From Acidobacteriota bacterium (GTDB lineage Bacteria; Acidobacteriota; Blastocatellia; RBC074): a DNA stretch of 64,000 bases. The notes under the pieces are model-generated. The model did not search any database. It was not told the origin of the DNA and saw only the letters and a program-made list of their open reading frames with translations. Shown one piece after another: positions 51,747 through 62,678 of this stretch (positions within the stretch are counted from its first letter, which is position 1; each line of letters begins with the position of its first letter). The position numbers and the translations under genes are program-made. The stretch covers positions 29,781 through 93,780 of the forward strand of contig JBBIWA010000014.1 of assembly GCA_037439425.1 (NCBI GenBank), given 5' to 3'.

Positions 51747-52643
51747 GTGAAACGGAATCAGAGCGAGCCACCTCAGGAGCTAGTCAACGCACTGACGGTA
51801 GATGTCGAAGACTATTTTCAGGTCGAGGCTTTTGCCGATGTGGTGCGCCGTGAAGACTGGCCTCACTGGGAGTCTCGGATCGAACGCAATACTCATTTGA
51901 TTCTTGACCTGTTGGCGCGCTACGCTGTGCATGGCACCTTCTTTATCCTGGGCTGGATTGCCGAGCATCATCCTCACCTGGTGCGTGAAATCGCAGCGGC
52001 CGGGCATGAGGTGGCCTCCCACGGATATGAGCATAGGCTGATTTATCGGCAGAGGCCGGATCAGTTTCGCTCTGATGTGCAGCGCGCCAGAAAGATTCTA
52101 GAGGATCTGATTGGCGCGCGGGTAGAAGGCTATCGCGCTCCAAGTTATTCGATCACAAGGGAGAGCTTATGGGCACTTGATATCTTGATCGAGGAAGGGT
52201 TTAGCTACGATTCCTCGATCTTCCCGGTGCACCACGACCGCTATGGGATCCCTAAGGCCAAGCGGTTTTTACACACCATCAGCCGTCCGGCCGGAGAGAT
52301 TCTGGAATTTCCGCCCTCGACTTTGAGGTTGCTGGGAATCAATTTCCCGATAGCAGGAGGCGGCTACTTTCGTCTTTTGCCTTATTGGCTCTTTCGCTGG
52401 GGGCTGAGCTACATCAATCGTCACGAGCAGCAGCCTGTGGTCTTCTTTGTGCATCCCTGGGAGTTGGACCCCGCCCAGCCTATGATCCCAGGCAAGCGCT
52501 TCAATGTCTGGCGCCACCGACTTCATCTGGGGCGGACCGAGGATCGGTTGAAGCAACTGCTAGCGCATTTCCGCTTTGCGCCGGTCCGCCAACTGATGCG
52601 GCTGGCAGTGGGGCCCAGCTGTGTGAGGCAAGCTACGATTTGA
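51747..52643 (+). CDS. Polysaccharide deacetylase, PEP-CTERM/XrtA-locus subfamily (with DUF3473-like C-terminus)
   Basis: [19 protein letters not shown]-terminus and the His-containing NodB-type motifs (ASHGYEH, HPWE). Confidence 0.8.
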   Translation: MKRNQSEPPQELVNALTVDVEDYFQVEAFADVVRREDWPHWESRIERNTHLILDLLARYAVHGTFFILGWIAEHHPHLVREIAAAGHEVASHGYEHRLIYRQRPDQFRSDVQRARKILEDLIGARVEGYRAPSYSITRESLWALDILIEEGFSYDSSIFPVHHDRYGIPKAKRFLHTISRPAGEILEFPPSTLRLLGINFPIAGGGYFRLLPYWLFRWGLSYINRHEQQPVVFFVHPWELDPAQPMIPGKRFNVWRHRLHLGRTEDRLKQLLAHFRFAPVRQLMRLAVGPSCVRQATI

Positions 52644-52677
52644 GCTCCGGTCAGGCTCTCTCTTCGCGAGCCTCTCG

Positions 52678-53826
52678 TTGAGGCTGGTTGCAAGCAACCT
52701 GCCCTGGCCTTTTCCAGGCCTTAGGATTTTGAGAATTTTGGAAACGGTTATCTCATCAGTGACGGCAACCGCGCAGACAGCCACGACAATCAAGCACTAC
52801 ACTTCGGCGCGCGCCGCCGAGTGGGATGCTTACGTGCGCCGCGCCGCGCTAGGGACCTTCTGCCACCTGACCGGTTGGGGCAGTGTCATTGAGCGCACTT
52901 GGGGGCATCGGCCGTATTATCTTTATGCTGAGCGCGATGGCGCAGTTGTGGGCGTGCTACCACTATTTTACGTTCGCAGCCGGTTATTCGATACCGTCCT
53001 GGTCTCAACTCCCAATGCAGTTTATGGTGGAGCGATAGCCGATGATTGGCCGACTCGGCAGGCGCTCACTGAGGCGGCCAAACAGTTGGCCAGGCAATTG
53101 CATGTTGATTATCTGGAACTGCGTGACTGTTGGGAGACAGAGGCCGGAGTGGCGGATCCGGAGTTGCAGCGCAAAGACCTCTACGTCAGCTTCGAGTATC
53201 CGATCAGCACTGACGAAGACGCGCTGATGCGCAGCTTTCCCCGCGATATTCGCCGCATGATCCGCCAGGGGCCAAAACATGGACTGATCTCCGAAATAGG
53301 AGGGGAAGAATTGCTCGACGACTTCTATGAGGTCTATGCCACCAGCGTGCGTAATCTGGGCACGCCGGTCTTTCCGAAAAAGCTCTTCGCTGAGTTTCTG
53401 CGGCAGTTCCCCGAGGCCAGTGACATACTGCTCTTGCGCCAGGGCAGGCAAGTAGCCGGTGCAGTAATGAGCTTCTACTTTCGGGACACCGTGATGCCTT
53501 ACTATGCGGGCGCCTATCGCGACTTCTACGGCGCGGGCGTGAACAACTTTATGTACTGGGAATTGATGCGCCGGGCAGCGAGGCGCGGCTACAGGCGCTT
53601 CGACTTTGGCCGCAGCAAACGCGGCACCGGGGCCTACGAGTTCAAACGTGGGTGGGGCATGCAGGAGCGCCTATTGCCTTATCGGTATTTTTTGGTGCGT
53701 GCCCGTCAATTGCCCAATCTGAATCCGACCAATCCGAAGTTCGAGCTGCTGATCAAGGTGTGGCAAAGACTGCCTGTTAGAGTGACTAAACTGATCGGGC
53801 CCAAAATTGTAAGTAAGTTACCCTGA
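52678..53826 (+). CDS. FemAB-like (GNAT-fold) protein, PEP-CTERM/exosortase-system-associated family
   Basis: Similarity pattern to FemAB-related EPS proteins (YYLYAERDGAVVGVLPLFYVRSR..., MYWELMRRAARRGYRRFDFGRS). The exact start is uncertain; a GTG at 52756 is an alternative. Confidence 0.7.
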   Translation: MRLVASNLPWPFPGLRILRILETVISSVTATAQTATTIKHYTSARAAEWDAYVRRAALGTFCHLTGWGSVIERTWGHRPYYLYAERDGAVVGVLPLFYVRSRLFDTVLVSTPNAVYGGAIADDWPTRQALTEAAKQLARQLHVDYLELRDCWETEAGVADPELQRKDLYVSFEYPISTDEDALMRSFPRDIRRMIRQGPKHGLISEIGGEELLDDFYEVYATSVRNLGTPVFPKKLFAEFLRQFPEASDILLLRQGRQVAGAVMSFYFRDTVMPYYAGAYRDFYGAGVNNFMYWELMRRAARRGYRRFDFGRSKRGTGAYEFKRGWGMQERLLPYRYFLVRARQLPNLNPTNPKFELLIKVWQRLPVRVTKLIGPKIVSKLP

Positions 53827-53885
53827 GCCAGTTGTCGGCAGGCAGGAGCTTCTCCTGACTACTGACGGCTGACGGCTGATCACTA

Positions 53886-55178
53886 ATGAAGATCCTCTTT
53901 TTGGCACATCGCATCCCATATCCGCCCAACAAGGGCGACAAGATGCGCTCTTTTCATGAGCTGCACGCCTTGATCGCCCGAGGGCATAAGGTGCATCTGC
54001 TAGCCTTTGCCGATGAAACAAAGGATTTGCAATATCAGGCCCAGCTCTCTGCGCTGTGCGCTTCGGCTGTCATCGTGCCTCTCAATCGGCGCTGGGCACA
54101 GCTGCAAGCTGCCAAGAAGCTTTCAAGCCGCACGCCGCTTTCGGTGGGCTATTTTGCTTCGCCCCGCATGCGCCGTCTGGTGGCGCATAAACTCACCAGG
54201 CTGAATCCGGAAGCGATTTTTGTCTTCTCTTCCACCATGGCGCAATACGTGCTGCCACAGTTTGCCTCGCGCACAGTAGTGGATCTGGTTGATGTTGATT
54301 CGGAGAAGTGGCGTGACTACGCTTGGCACACCAGTTGGCCCCGGTCCTGGCTCTATCAGCTTGAGTGGCGACGGCTGCGGCGTTATGAACACGCCATCGT
54401 CAGGCAATTTGCTCAGACCATAGTTACCACTGAGCGGGAGGCGGCACTGCTGGATGAGCTTGATGAATTCACGCGACGGGCACGGCTGCGGGTGATCACT
54501 AACGGCGTGGATCTAGAGCATTATCGCCCCTTCGGAGCGGAGCTGCTTGAAGAGTTGCCGGTAGAAGAGCAAAAGTATTTCACCAATTCAGCTGCGATTC
54601 GGCTGGTCTTTACGGGCGCGATGGATTACTACGCCAATGTCGAAGGCGTCCGTTACTTTGTCGATCAAGTGTTGCCGTTCATCCGCGAGCGCGAGCCAGG
54701 CGTCGAGTTTCTGATTGTGGGCCGCAATCCGAGCTCTGAGGTCAGACGCCTAGGCGAACGCGACGGAGTCACAGTTACCGGTGAGGTCCGGGATGTGCGC
54801 CCTTACCTGACAGCGGCCACAGCCTGTGTGGTGCCGCTGCGGATTGCGCGTGGAGTGCAGAATAAAGTGCTGGAAGCGATGGCTTGCGGCCGCGCAGTCA
54901 TTGCTCTGCCAGAGGCGGTTGGCGGACTGAGGGTGGTTGCGGGCAAGCACTTGCTGGTAGCGCGCGATGCGCAGACAATGGCAGAGGCAGTGTTGAAGGT
55001 GCTTGCAGATGAAAGCTTGCGCGCGCAGCTTGGCCTTCAGGCCCGGCGTTTTGTCGAGGTCGAGCACGATTGGGCTCCGTTGCTGGAAAGGGTGGTTGAC
55101 TTGATCGAGTCGGTTGGCTCGCGCGCCATCTTGGCGCGGCAGCCTCGAGAGCAGAATGAAGTGGTAAATTGGAAATAA
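53886..55178 (+). CDS. Sugar transferase, PEP-CTERM/EpsH1-system-associated (stp1-like GT4)
   Basis: MKILFLAHRIPYPPNKGDKMRSFHEL is the hallmark N-terminus of this family. The C-terminal GT4 catalytic domain has the E..ACG motif. Confidence 0.8.
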   Translation: MKILFLAHRIPYPPNKGDKMRSFHELHALIARGHKVHLLAFADETKDLQYQAQLSALCASAVIVPLNRRWAQLQAAKKLSSRTPLSVGYFASPRMRRLVAHKLTRLNPEAIFVFSSTMAQYVLPQFASRTVVDLVDVDSEKWRDYAWHTSWPRSWLYQLEWRRLRRYEHAIVRQFAQTIVTTEREAALLDELDEFTRRARLRVITNGVDLEHYRPFGAELLEELPVEEQKYFTNSAAIRLVFTGAMDYYANVEGVRYFVDQVLPFIREREPGVEFLIVGRNPSSEVRRLGERDGVTVTGEVRDVRPYLTAATACVVPLRIARGVQNKVLEAMACGRAVIALPEAVGGLRVVAGKHLLVARDAQTMAEAVLKVLADESLRAQLGLQARRFVEVEHDWAPLLERVVDLIESVGSRAILARQPREQNEVVNWK

Positions 55179-55214
55179 GCGCTGGACCGTGGGAAGCAGT
55201 TTGTCCAGCCGAGG

Positions 55215-56315
55215 ATGAACATGGTGAAGGTTCTGAATGTGGTTGGGGCTCGCCCGAATTTCATGAAGGTGGCACCGATTGTCGCCGCCATCCAACGGCG
55301 CAGAGGCGAAATTTCGCAGGTGCTGGTTCACACCGGACAGCACTACGATGAAGCGCTGTCGGCTTCCTTCTTCCACGATCTCGGCATGCCAGCGCCGGAG
55401 ATCAACCTGGGAGTTGGATCAGGCACTCACGCCGAGCAGACGGCGCGCGTGATGCTGGCCTTCGAACCAGTCCTGGTCGCGCAGCAACCGGATTGGGTGG
55501 TGGTTGTCGGGGATGTCAATTCGACGATGGCTTGCGCCCTGGTGGCCAGCAAACTGTGCGTTCGCGTGGCTCACGTGGAGGCGGGATTGCGGAGCTTCGA
55601 TCGCACGATGCCGGAAGAGATCAACCGGATTGTGACCGATTGTATCGCTGATTTGTTATTGACTCCGAGCGCTGATGCCGATGCCAACTTGCGTCGGGAA
55701 GGCATCAGCGACGACAAAATCGTGCGCGTTGGTAATGTGATGATTGACACTCTGCTGACGCAACTGGACCGAGCAAGCCAATCACGTGTGCTTGAAGAAT
55801 TGGAGCTGGTACCGCGCGAGTTTATTGCCTTGACAATGCACCGGCCAACGAATGTAGATAATCCGGAAGCGCTAGATCGGATCTTCAGCGCGCTGAGCGA
55901 AATCGCGCGCCGGTTACCAATTATCTTCCCAGCCCATCCGCGCACTCAGGCGCGCCTGCGTGAGTTCAAGATCAAGGTGCCACCTGGCGTCCGTGTGCTA
56001 AAGCCAATGGGTTACCTTGATTTCCTGCGGTTGTGGAGTAACGCGCGGCTGGTAATGACCGATTCCGGCGGATTGCAGGAGGAGACTACAGCGCTGGGCA
56101 TCCCGTGCCTGACGCTGCGCGAAAACACTGAGCGGCCGATCACCATTGAGCAGGGGACCAATCGCCTGGTAGGGCGCGATCCGGAGCGCATCAAAGCTGC
56201 CGTTTTTGAAATCCTCGACCACGGCCATCAGCGCACCGCCCGTGTGCCAGAGTTGTGGGATGGTCGCGCGGCCGAGCGGATCGTCGAAGCACTGCTTGCT
56301 CACACTAGAAGTTGA
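55215..56315 (+). CDS. wecB: UDP-N-acetylglucosamine 2-epimerase (non-hydrolysing)
   Basis: KVLNVVGARPNFMKVAPI...VHTGQHYD...DSGGLQEE are diagnostic WecB/MnaA blocks. Confidence 0.9.
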   Translation: MNMVKVLNVVGARPNFMKVAPIVAAIQRRRGEISQVLVHTGQHYDEALSASFFHDLGMPAPEINLGVGSGTHAEQTARVMLAFEPVLVAQQPDWVVVVGDVNSTMACALVASKLCVRVAHVEAGLRSFDRTMPEEINRIVTDCIADLLLTPSADADANLRREGISDDKIVRVGNVMIDTLLTQLDRASQSRVLEELELVPREFIALTMHRPTNVDNPEALDRIFSALSEIARRLPIIFPAHPRTQARLREFKIKVPPGVRVLKPMGYLDFLRLWSNARLVMTDSGGLQEETTALGIPCLTLRENTERPITIEQGTNRLVGRDPERIKAAVFEILDHGHQRTARVPELWDGRAAERIVEALLAHTRS

Positions 56316-56359
56316 AAGCCGGAAGGAGCAGTTTTCGCTCTTCGCCCTCTTCCTGATGC

Positions 56360-57589
56360 ATGATGAGAGTACTCCACGTCCTAGATCACTCACTACCTTA
56401 CCTCAGCGGTTACAGCTTCCGCAGCAGCTACCTTATCAATATGCAGCGGCGGCTGGGGTTGCACCCGTGGGTGGTGACCTCGCCCAAGCATGAAGAGTTT
56501 AGTGAGCCATGCGAGAAGCTGAATGAGGTGGATTATTATCGGCTCAAATGGCCCTCCTTTTATTTTCTGCCTGCGCCGCGCCTGATTCCGCTGCTCAAGC
56601 AAGCTGCCTGTCTCGCCGCGCTGACGAAGCAAGTCACCAGACTGGCGCGAGAATTGAAAGTTGATCTAATTCATGCCCACTCGCCTTCACTCAATGGTCT
56701 GGCGGCCAGTCGCGCGGCGCAGCGCCTGGGATTGCCTTGGATTTATGAGCTGCGCTATTACGAGGAGGATGCAGCAGTTGACCGGGGGAAGACGAAATAT
56801 CAGTCGCTTCGTTATCGTCTGGCACAGCAGCTCGAACAAGAAGCGCTCAAGCGCGCGGACCTGGTGGTCACTATCGCTTCGCAGTTGCGGGCTGATTTGA
56901 TGGCGCGTGGCATACCGGCGCAGAAGGTCTTTGAAGTGCCGAACGGGGTTGACACTCAGCTCTTCAAGCCGCGTCCACCCGATCCTGAACTGATCGCGCA
57001 CCACCATCTGGCAGGCAAAACCGTAGTCGGCTTCATCGGCTCCTTCTACGCCTATGAGGGTCTGTCCTGCCTGGTGGAGGCGATGCTTTTCCTGTTGCGC
57101 GATCGTGATGATCTGAAGTTGTTGCTGGTGGGAGAAGGAGAGACGGAAGCGCAATTGCGCGAGCAGATCCCCAAGCATTTAAGCTCGCATTTCGTTTTCG
57201 CCGGGAAGATCAAGCATGAGCAGGTGCTACGTTATTACTCGGTCATGGACATGCTCGTCTATCCACGCCTCAGCTCGCGCTTGACGGAGCTGACCACGCC
57301 GCTCAAGCCGCTAGAGGCGATGGCAATGGAACGCGCCGTGATTGGCAGCGATGTTGGCGGACTGCGCGATCAGGTGGTGCATAACGAGACCGGCCTTCTA
57401 TTTGAAGCCAACAATAGCACGGCGCTCGCCGCCTGCATTTCGCGCCTAGCTAGCAACCCGGCCGAGCGACGCGCCTTCGGGCGGCGAGCGCGCGAAATGG
57501 TGGTGCGGACGCGCGATTGGGAACGCATCACTGAGCGTTACCTGGAAATCTATGGTCAGTTAGGTGTGCGCCAGCGCGTGGCCGCCTAA
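56360..57589 (+). CDS. Glycosyltransferase family 4, exosortase-A (XrtA)-system-associated type
   Basis: MMRVLHVLDHSLPYLSGYSFRS N-terminus typical of this EPS GT family. GT4 C-terminal EGLSCLVEAMA.. motif. Confidence 0.8.
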   Translation: MMRVLHVLDHSLPYLSGYSFRSSYLINMQRRLGLHPWVVTSPKHEEFSEPCEKLNEVDYYRLKWPSFYFLPAPRLIPLLKQAACLAALTKQVTRLARELKVDLIHAHSPSLNGLAASRAAQRLGLPWIYELRYYEEDAAVDRGKTKYQSLRYRLAQQLEQEALKRADLVVTIASQLRADLMARGIPAQKVFEVPNGVDTQLFKPRPPDPELIAHHHLAGKTVVGFIGSFYAYEGLSCLVEAMLFLLRDRDDLKLLLVGEGETEAQLREQIPKHLSSHFVFAGKIKHEQVLRYYSVMDMLVYPRLSSRLTELTTPLKPLEAMAMERAVIGSDVGGLRDQVVHNETGLLFEANNSTALAACISRLASNPAERRAFGRRAREMVVRTRDWERITERYLEIYGQLGVRQRVAA

Positions 57590-57623
57590 GAGGTGAGCAG
57601 TAGTTTGGAGTTAAGGGATAGTC

Positions 57624-58517
57624 ATGTCAGCAACTTTGGCCAGCAAAAAGGGGCTTGAAGCATCAAGCGAAAGACTCGACATCAAGACGCCTGAACCGAC
57701 GCTGAAGAATACGGTTGAGTGGAGCGATAGTCTGCTAGCGCACCTGCGCGAGCTGATCTCTCATCGCGAGCTGCTCTTTTTGGTGACCTATCGGGAGATC
57801 AAAGTGCGCTATAAACAGACTCTGCTCGGTGCGCTCTGGGCGATCCTCCAGCCGTTTTCGCTGATGCTGGTCTTCACGCTCTTCTTCTCGCTCTTTTACC
57901 AGATGCCAAGCGATGGCATCCCTTATCCGATTTTTGCCTATGCCGCGCTGCTGCCGTGGACGTTCTTTGCAACGGCGCTTTCGTTTGCCGTGCCGAGTCT
58001 GATCACGAACTCCTACATCATCACGAAGATCTACTTTCCGCGAGAGATAGTTCCTCTCTCTTCGGTGCTTGCTGCGCTGGTTGATTTCGGCTTTGCTGCG
58101 CTCGTTTTCGTCGCCATGTTGGCTTATTATCGGATTGCGCCGACCTGGAATGTGCTTTACGTCGTGCCCCTGTTGGCAGTGCAATTGATCTTCACGACGG
58201 GGTTGTGTCTGCTGCTATCGGCCTTCACGGTGCTTTACCGTGATGTGCGCTTTACGATCCCACTGCTGATTCAAATCTGGATGTTTTCCACCCCCATTCT
58301 TTACCCGGTCTCCATCGTGCCGGACTCGCTGCGGGTCTTCTACATGACGCTCAATCCGATGGCTGTGGTGATTGATGGCTACCGGCGCGCACTCGTGCAG
58401 GGACAAGCGCCAGAGCTGCTCTACCTGGCCAACACCGCCGTGGTCTCAGTAGCGTTGCTGTGGCTGTCCTACAAATATTTCAAGCATCTAGAACGAGAAT
58501 TCGCCGATATCGTCTGA
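57624..58517 (+). CDS. ABC-2 type polysaccharide exporter permease (Wzm/KpsM/TagG-like)
   Basis: Six TM helices and an ABC-2 membrane signature. Immediately upstream of the cognate ATPase. Confidence 0.8.
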   Translation: MSATLASKKGLEASSERLDIKTPEPTLKNTVEWSDSLLAHLRELISHRELLFLVTYREIKVRYKQTLLGALWAILQPFSLMLVFTLFFSLFYQMPSDGIPYPIFAYAALLPWTFFATALSFAVPSLITNSYIITKIYFPREIVPLSSVLAALVDFGFAALVFVAMLAYYRIAPTWNVLYVVPLLAVQLIFTTGLCLLLSAFTVLYRDVRFTIPLLIQIWMFSTPILYPVSIVPDSLRVFYMTLNPMAVVIDGYRRALVQGQAPELLYLANTAVVSVALLWLSYKYFKHLEREFADIV

Positions 58518-58576
58518 AATGGCCCGTCGTCGGTTGCCAGTTGCAACTTGACTATGCTGGCCACTAACCACCGGTT

Positions 58577-59857
58577 ATGAAGATCATCACCATGGAAAAC
58601 CTGTCGAAGCGTTACCGGCTGAGCCGTCTCGGTTCCAAATCCATCCGAGAAGAGTTAGCGCGAGTGGGGAAGCGCTTGCTGCGGCGCTCGCCTCATCAAG
58701 GGGAAGCCAGCGAGGATGAATTTTATGCGTTGCGCAATATCAGCCTGGAGGTCGAACAGGGGGAGACCATCGGTTTTATCGGCCCGAACGGATCGGGCAA
58801 AAGCACCGTTTTGAAACTGCTGGCGCGCATCATCTATCCGACCAGCGGCAAACTCGCCGTCCACGGATCGGTCGCTTCGCTGATCGAAGTTGGCGCAGGT
58901 TTTCACCCGGAGTTGACCGGACGCGAAAACCTCTATCTTTACGGTTCGATTATGGGCATGCGGCGCAGCGAGGTGCGAGAGAAATTCGATCGCATTGTGG
59001 ATTTCGCCGAGCTGCATCAATTCATTGATACCCCGGTCAAGCGTTACTCATCGGGGATGTATGTACGCTTGGGCTTTGCCGTAGCAGCGCACATCAATCC
59101 CCATCTGCTTCTGGTTGACGAGGTGCTGGCGGTGGGGGATGCGGCCTTTCAGAGCAAATGCCAGCAACGAATAGAAGAGTTGCGCCGCAATGGGATGACG
59201 ATCGTCTTCGTCTCGCATGATATGGCCGCCGTCGAGCGATTGTGCAATCGCGCTTTCTTTCTCTATCGAGGGGAGATTCGTTCCGAAGGCGAGCCGCAAA
59301 AAGTCATTAGCGATTACTATGGTACGGTGCTCTTTAAAAAGCCAGTGCAGAATGATGGTCCACCGGTTGAGCTGGCTGAATCCGCATCCGGGCGCGAGGC
59401 CGAAATCCTCGGCGTTCGCTTCTTCAATCGAGATGAGCAAGCAGTTGAGACTATCTCGACAGGTGAACCGCTGATTGCACGCATCGAATATCATGCCTAT
59501 CGCGCCATCGAAGACCCCGTCTTTGAGCTGCTCTTTTATTCCGCCGATGATCATTTGCACTGCCAGTACACGACGGCGCTGACCGGGGAGCGCATCCCAC
59601 TGCTGCAAGGGCGCGGAGTGGTCGAAATCGTGTGTGAAGAGTTCGGGCTGACGCCAGGGATCTTCAAAATTGACGCCCTTCTTGCGCGCCGTGGCGCGCT
59701 GGCCCCCTATGACTGGAAGCCACGCCAGTACTTGCTCAAAGTGCTGCCTGGCAAGCGAGTGCGTGGTATGTTTTATTCTCCTCATTACTGGCGGCTCATG
59801 CCAGCCGACGAAGCGCGGTTGGAGAGCGGCCCGAGAGAAGAAGTCCTTTATCTCTGA
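58577..59857 (+). CDS. ABC polysaccharide exporter ATP-binding protein (Wzt/TagH-like) with a C-terminal carbohydrate-binding extension
   Basis: Walker [13 protein letters not shown] signature [12 protein letters not shown], Walker [13 protein letters not shown] and an about 170-aa C-terminal extension as in Wzt. Confidence 0.85.
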   Translation: MKIITMENLSKRYRLSRLGSKSIREELARVGKRLLRRSPHQGEASEDEFYALRNISLEVEQGETIGFIGPNGSGKSTVLKLLARIIYPTSGKLAVHGSVASLIEVGAGFHPELTGRENLYLYGSIMGMRRSEVREKFDRIVDFAELHQFIDTPVKRYSSGMYVRLGFAVAAHINPHLLLVDEVLAVGDAAFQSKCQQRIEELRRNGMTIVFVSHDMAAVERLCNRAFFLYRGEIRSEGEPQKVISDYYGTVLFKKPVQNDGPPVELAESASGREAEILGVRFFNRDEQAVETISTGEPLIARIEYHAYRAIEDPVFELLFYSADDHLHCQYTTALTGERIPLLQGRGVVEIVCEEFGLTPGIFKIDALLARRGALAPYDWKPRQYLLKVLPGKRVRGMFYSPHYWRLMPADEARLESGPREEVLYL

Positions 59858-59897
59858 AACTCGGCGCTGGCCGCCCCCTATCCCGCGTAGTTTGGTT

Positions 59898-60851
59898 ATG
59901 TCAAACAGTCCGGTAGTCAGCATTATCATCCCCGCCTACAATGTTGCCCCATACATCGGCGAAGCGCTCGCTTCAGTAGTGGCGCAAAGCTATACTGATT
60001 ACGAGGCGATTGTGATCAATGATGGTTCCACCGATGAGACCGAGCGCGCAGTGGAGCCGTTTCGTGATCGCATCATTTACCTTAAGCAGGAAAATCGCGG
60101 CTTGGCAGGAGCGCGCAATACAGGATTGCGCCACGCCCGTGGCCGCTACGTCGCTTTACTTGATGGTGATGACATCTGGATGCCGGATTATCTGGAGAAA
60201 CTGGTAGGGCGTTTACTCGCCGATTCGGGGATTGACCTTATCTATCCCAATGCGATCTATTTCGGCTCGCCGCGTTGGGAAGGACATCTGTTTCAGGATT
60301 TCTATCCTTCGCGCGAGCCAGTGACTTTCGAGAAGCTCTTGCAGCGAGAGTGCACAGTCTTTGGCTCTGCCGTGTTCAAGCGTGAGCTAGCCATTGAAGC
60401 CGGAATGTTCGACGAATCATTGCGCGAAGGCGGTGAGGACTTCGATCTATGGCTGCGTCTGGCGCAGAATGGCGCGCGCATCACTTTCACCACCGAACCG
60501 CTGGTGCGCTATCGCAAGCGCAGCGAGTCACTCTCCCATGACGGAACGCGCATGCCGCGCAGCCAGATCAGGATTTACGAGAAGGTTCTGGCCAATCCTA
60601 AAACGACGCAACAGCAAGCTGAACTGATTGCACCAGTGATGGCTGAAATGCGCGCCCAGCTCAATCGAGCTGTGGGCAAAGAATTGCTCGCTGCTGGAGA
60701 TTATGCCGGGGCGGCTCACCATTTTGCGCTCGCCAATGCGCATTTTCGCAGCCTGAAGCTGACGCTGGTGGCGGCCGGATTAAAGCTCGCCCCCAGCTTG
60801 GTGGCTGCAGCCTTCGCCAGACAGTCGGAATCAGACCGGAAGGAGCTCTAA
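59898..60851 (+). CDS. Glycosyltransferase family 2
   Basis: VSIIIPAYNVAPYIGEALASVVAQSY...VINDGSTDET...LLDGDD is the GT2 DxD-type N-domain. The start is at the internal ATG 59898 of the 59670 ORF. Confidence 0.8.
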   Translation: MSNSPVVSIIIPAYNVAPYIGEALASVVAQSYTDYEAIVINDGSTDETERAVEPFRDRIIYLKQENRGLAGARNTGLRHARGRYVALLDGDDIWMPDYLEKLVGRLLADSGIDLIYPNAIYFGSPRWEGHLFQDFYPSREPVTFEKLLQRECTVFGSAVFKRELAIEAGMFDESLREGGEDFDLWLRLAQNGARITFTTEPLVRYRKRSESLSHDGTRMPRSQIRIYEKVLANPKTTQQQAELIAPVMAEMRAQLNRAVGKELLAAGDYAGAAHHFALANAHFRSLKLTLVAAGLKLAPSLVAAAFARQSESDRKEL

Positions 60852-60899
60852 GATCACCACCCACTGCAAGCGGGAAGCGACAGGGAAGAGAATCCACTG

Positions 60900-61643
60900 A
60901 TGGAGCCGCGGTATCAGAGAGAGCGTGACTTTCATAATCAAACCTTCAGCGCCGGTGGGCGAGAAGAAGCAGGCAAATTTTATGCGATCGTGCACCGCAG
61001 TTGGGCTTGTTACGAAGAGCTGCTGCGCGCTCACGGCGCGCACCGGCGCGTCCTGGAGTACGGCTGCGGGCCTGGAAGCAACGCTTTTTCGCTGGCCTAC
61101 CACGGTGCGATCGTCACCGGCATTGATATCTCGGAGGTGGCAATTGAACAGGCTCGGCAGCGCGCCGAGCGCGAGCAGCTCAATAGCGTCAGCTTTCAGG
61201 TAATGAATGCTGAAGCGCTGGAGTTCCCCGATCACTCATTCGATGTCGTCTGCGGCCGCGCGATTATGCATCACCTAGATTTGACCAGAGCCTTCGCCGA
61301 GCTGGCGCGCGTGCTCAAACCAGATGGCGTGGCGATCTTTATCGAACCGCTAGGACACAATCCGCTGATCAATCTCTACCGTCGCCTCACTCCGCAGATG
61401 CGCACTCCGGATGAACACCCCTTGCTTATGTCTGATCTGGAGATGGCACGCCATTACTTCGGCAAGATCGAAATGCGTTTCTTCCATCTCCAGTCGCTGC
61501 TTGCCGTTCCGTTCCGCAATCGGCCAGGGTTTGAAAGCTTGCTAAAACTGCTCGATGCTGCTGATCAGGCTTTGTTCAAGCTGATGCCATTTGCCAGACG
61601 CTATGCCTGGACAGTGGTGCTGACTCTGTCGCAGCCGAAATGA
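60900..61643 (+). CDS. Class I SAM-dependent methyltransferase
   Basis: VLEYGCGPGSNAF (motif I G-x-G-x-G), DVVCGRAIMHHL and LKPDGVAIF. Confidence 0.75.
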   Translation: MEPRYQRERDFHNQTFSAGGREEAGKFYAIVHRSWACYEELLRAHGAHRRVLEYGCGPGSNAFSLAYHGAIVTGIDISEVAIEQARQRAEREQLNSVSFQVMNAEALEFPDHSFDVVCGRAIMHHLDLTRAFAELARVLKPDGVAIFIEPLGHNPLINLYRRLTPQMRTPDEHPLLMSDLEMARHYFGKIEMRFFHLQSLLAVPFRNRPGFESLLKLLDAADQALFKLMPFARRYAWTVVLTLSQPK

Positions 61644-61837
61644 AGCGGAGAGCAAAAGCATCTGCTTCAGGCCCCTTTCGCCCGGGAAGGAAGCAACATG
61701 CAAGAGAAAAATCCTTTATGGATGTTGCGTGGAAGTAATCAGGCATATTGCGATGGGTTGTTCTCTGTTCCACAATGTAGCTTACCTGATCGCGCGAGGC
61801 CCCGAAGAAATGCGATTGCGCAGAAAAGGAGGCGACC

Positions 61838-62638
61838 ATGCCATCACCATTTCCTGGAATGGATCCTTATCTCGAAGGCGAAATGTGGCAGGAATTCCAC
61901 GAGACGCTGGCAAGCACCATCCGCGCTCAACTGATGCCGCTTTTGGCGCCGAAGTATGTGGCCTTGCTAGCCAAGCGCTATGCGCTGGATCGAGCCGACA
62001 TTGGGATCATCGGACTGCCCGCTGAACGGGTGCTCTATCCCGATGTGGACGTGGTTGCACCGCCGAGCCGAGCGGCTGCTTCGCTCTCCAGCAGTGCCAG
62101 TGTGGCAGTGGCCGAGCCAGCAGTGGAACTGGTCAGCCCGATGAGCGAGGAAGTGCCACTGCTGAGCGTGGAGATTCGAGATGTGGCGAATCGGCGTCTG
62201 GTCACCTTGATTGAGATTCTCTCGCCGATCAACAAACGAGGTGAAGAGTGGCGCGAATATCTGAATCGGCGCGAGGAGATACTGCAAACCAAGACCCATC
62301 TGCTGGAGATAGACTTGTTGCTCCAGGGGCTGCGCTTGCCGCTGCTTGGGGAGTTACCGCCAGCGGCCTACTATATCTTTCTCAGTCGCTGGCAGCGGCG
62401 GCCCTGGACTCAGGTCTGGCAGATTTCGTTACGTCAGGCGTTGCCTGCGGTGCCGGTTCCCTTGTTGCCGCCGGACCCGGATGTGCCCCTGGATTTACAG
62501 GCAGCGGTCAAGGCTTGTTTTGAGCTCGTGGGGTATGAGCGTTTGTTAGATTATTCAGTGCCGCCGCCACCACCAGCCTTGAGCCAGGAGGATGCGGCTT
62601 GGGTAGCAGAGTGTTTGCGCGCCGCTGGGGTAGCGTGA
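61838..62638 (+). CDS. DUF4058 family protein
   Basis: The N-terminus MPSPFPGMDPYLEGEMWQEFHETL is the characteristic start of DUF4058 proteins. About 265 aa. Confidence 0.65.
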   Translation: MPSPFPGMDPYLEGEMWQEFHETLASTIRAQLMPLLAPKYVALLAKRYALDRADIGIIGLPAERVLYPDVDVVAPPSRAAASLSSSASVAVAEPAVELVSPMSEEVPLLSVEIRDVANRRLVTLIEILSPINKRGEEWREYLNRREEILQTKTHLLEIDLLLQGLRLPLLGELPPAAYYIFLSRWQRRPWTQVWQISLRQALPAVPVPLLPPDPDVPLDLQAAVKACFELVGYERLLDYSVPPPPPALSQEDAAWVAECLRAAGVA

Positions 62639-62678
62639 GGAGCTGTTTGCCCTTGATTTGACTACTAGCTGATCTCAG

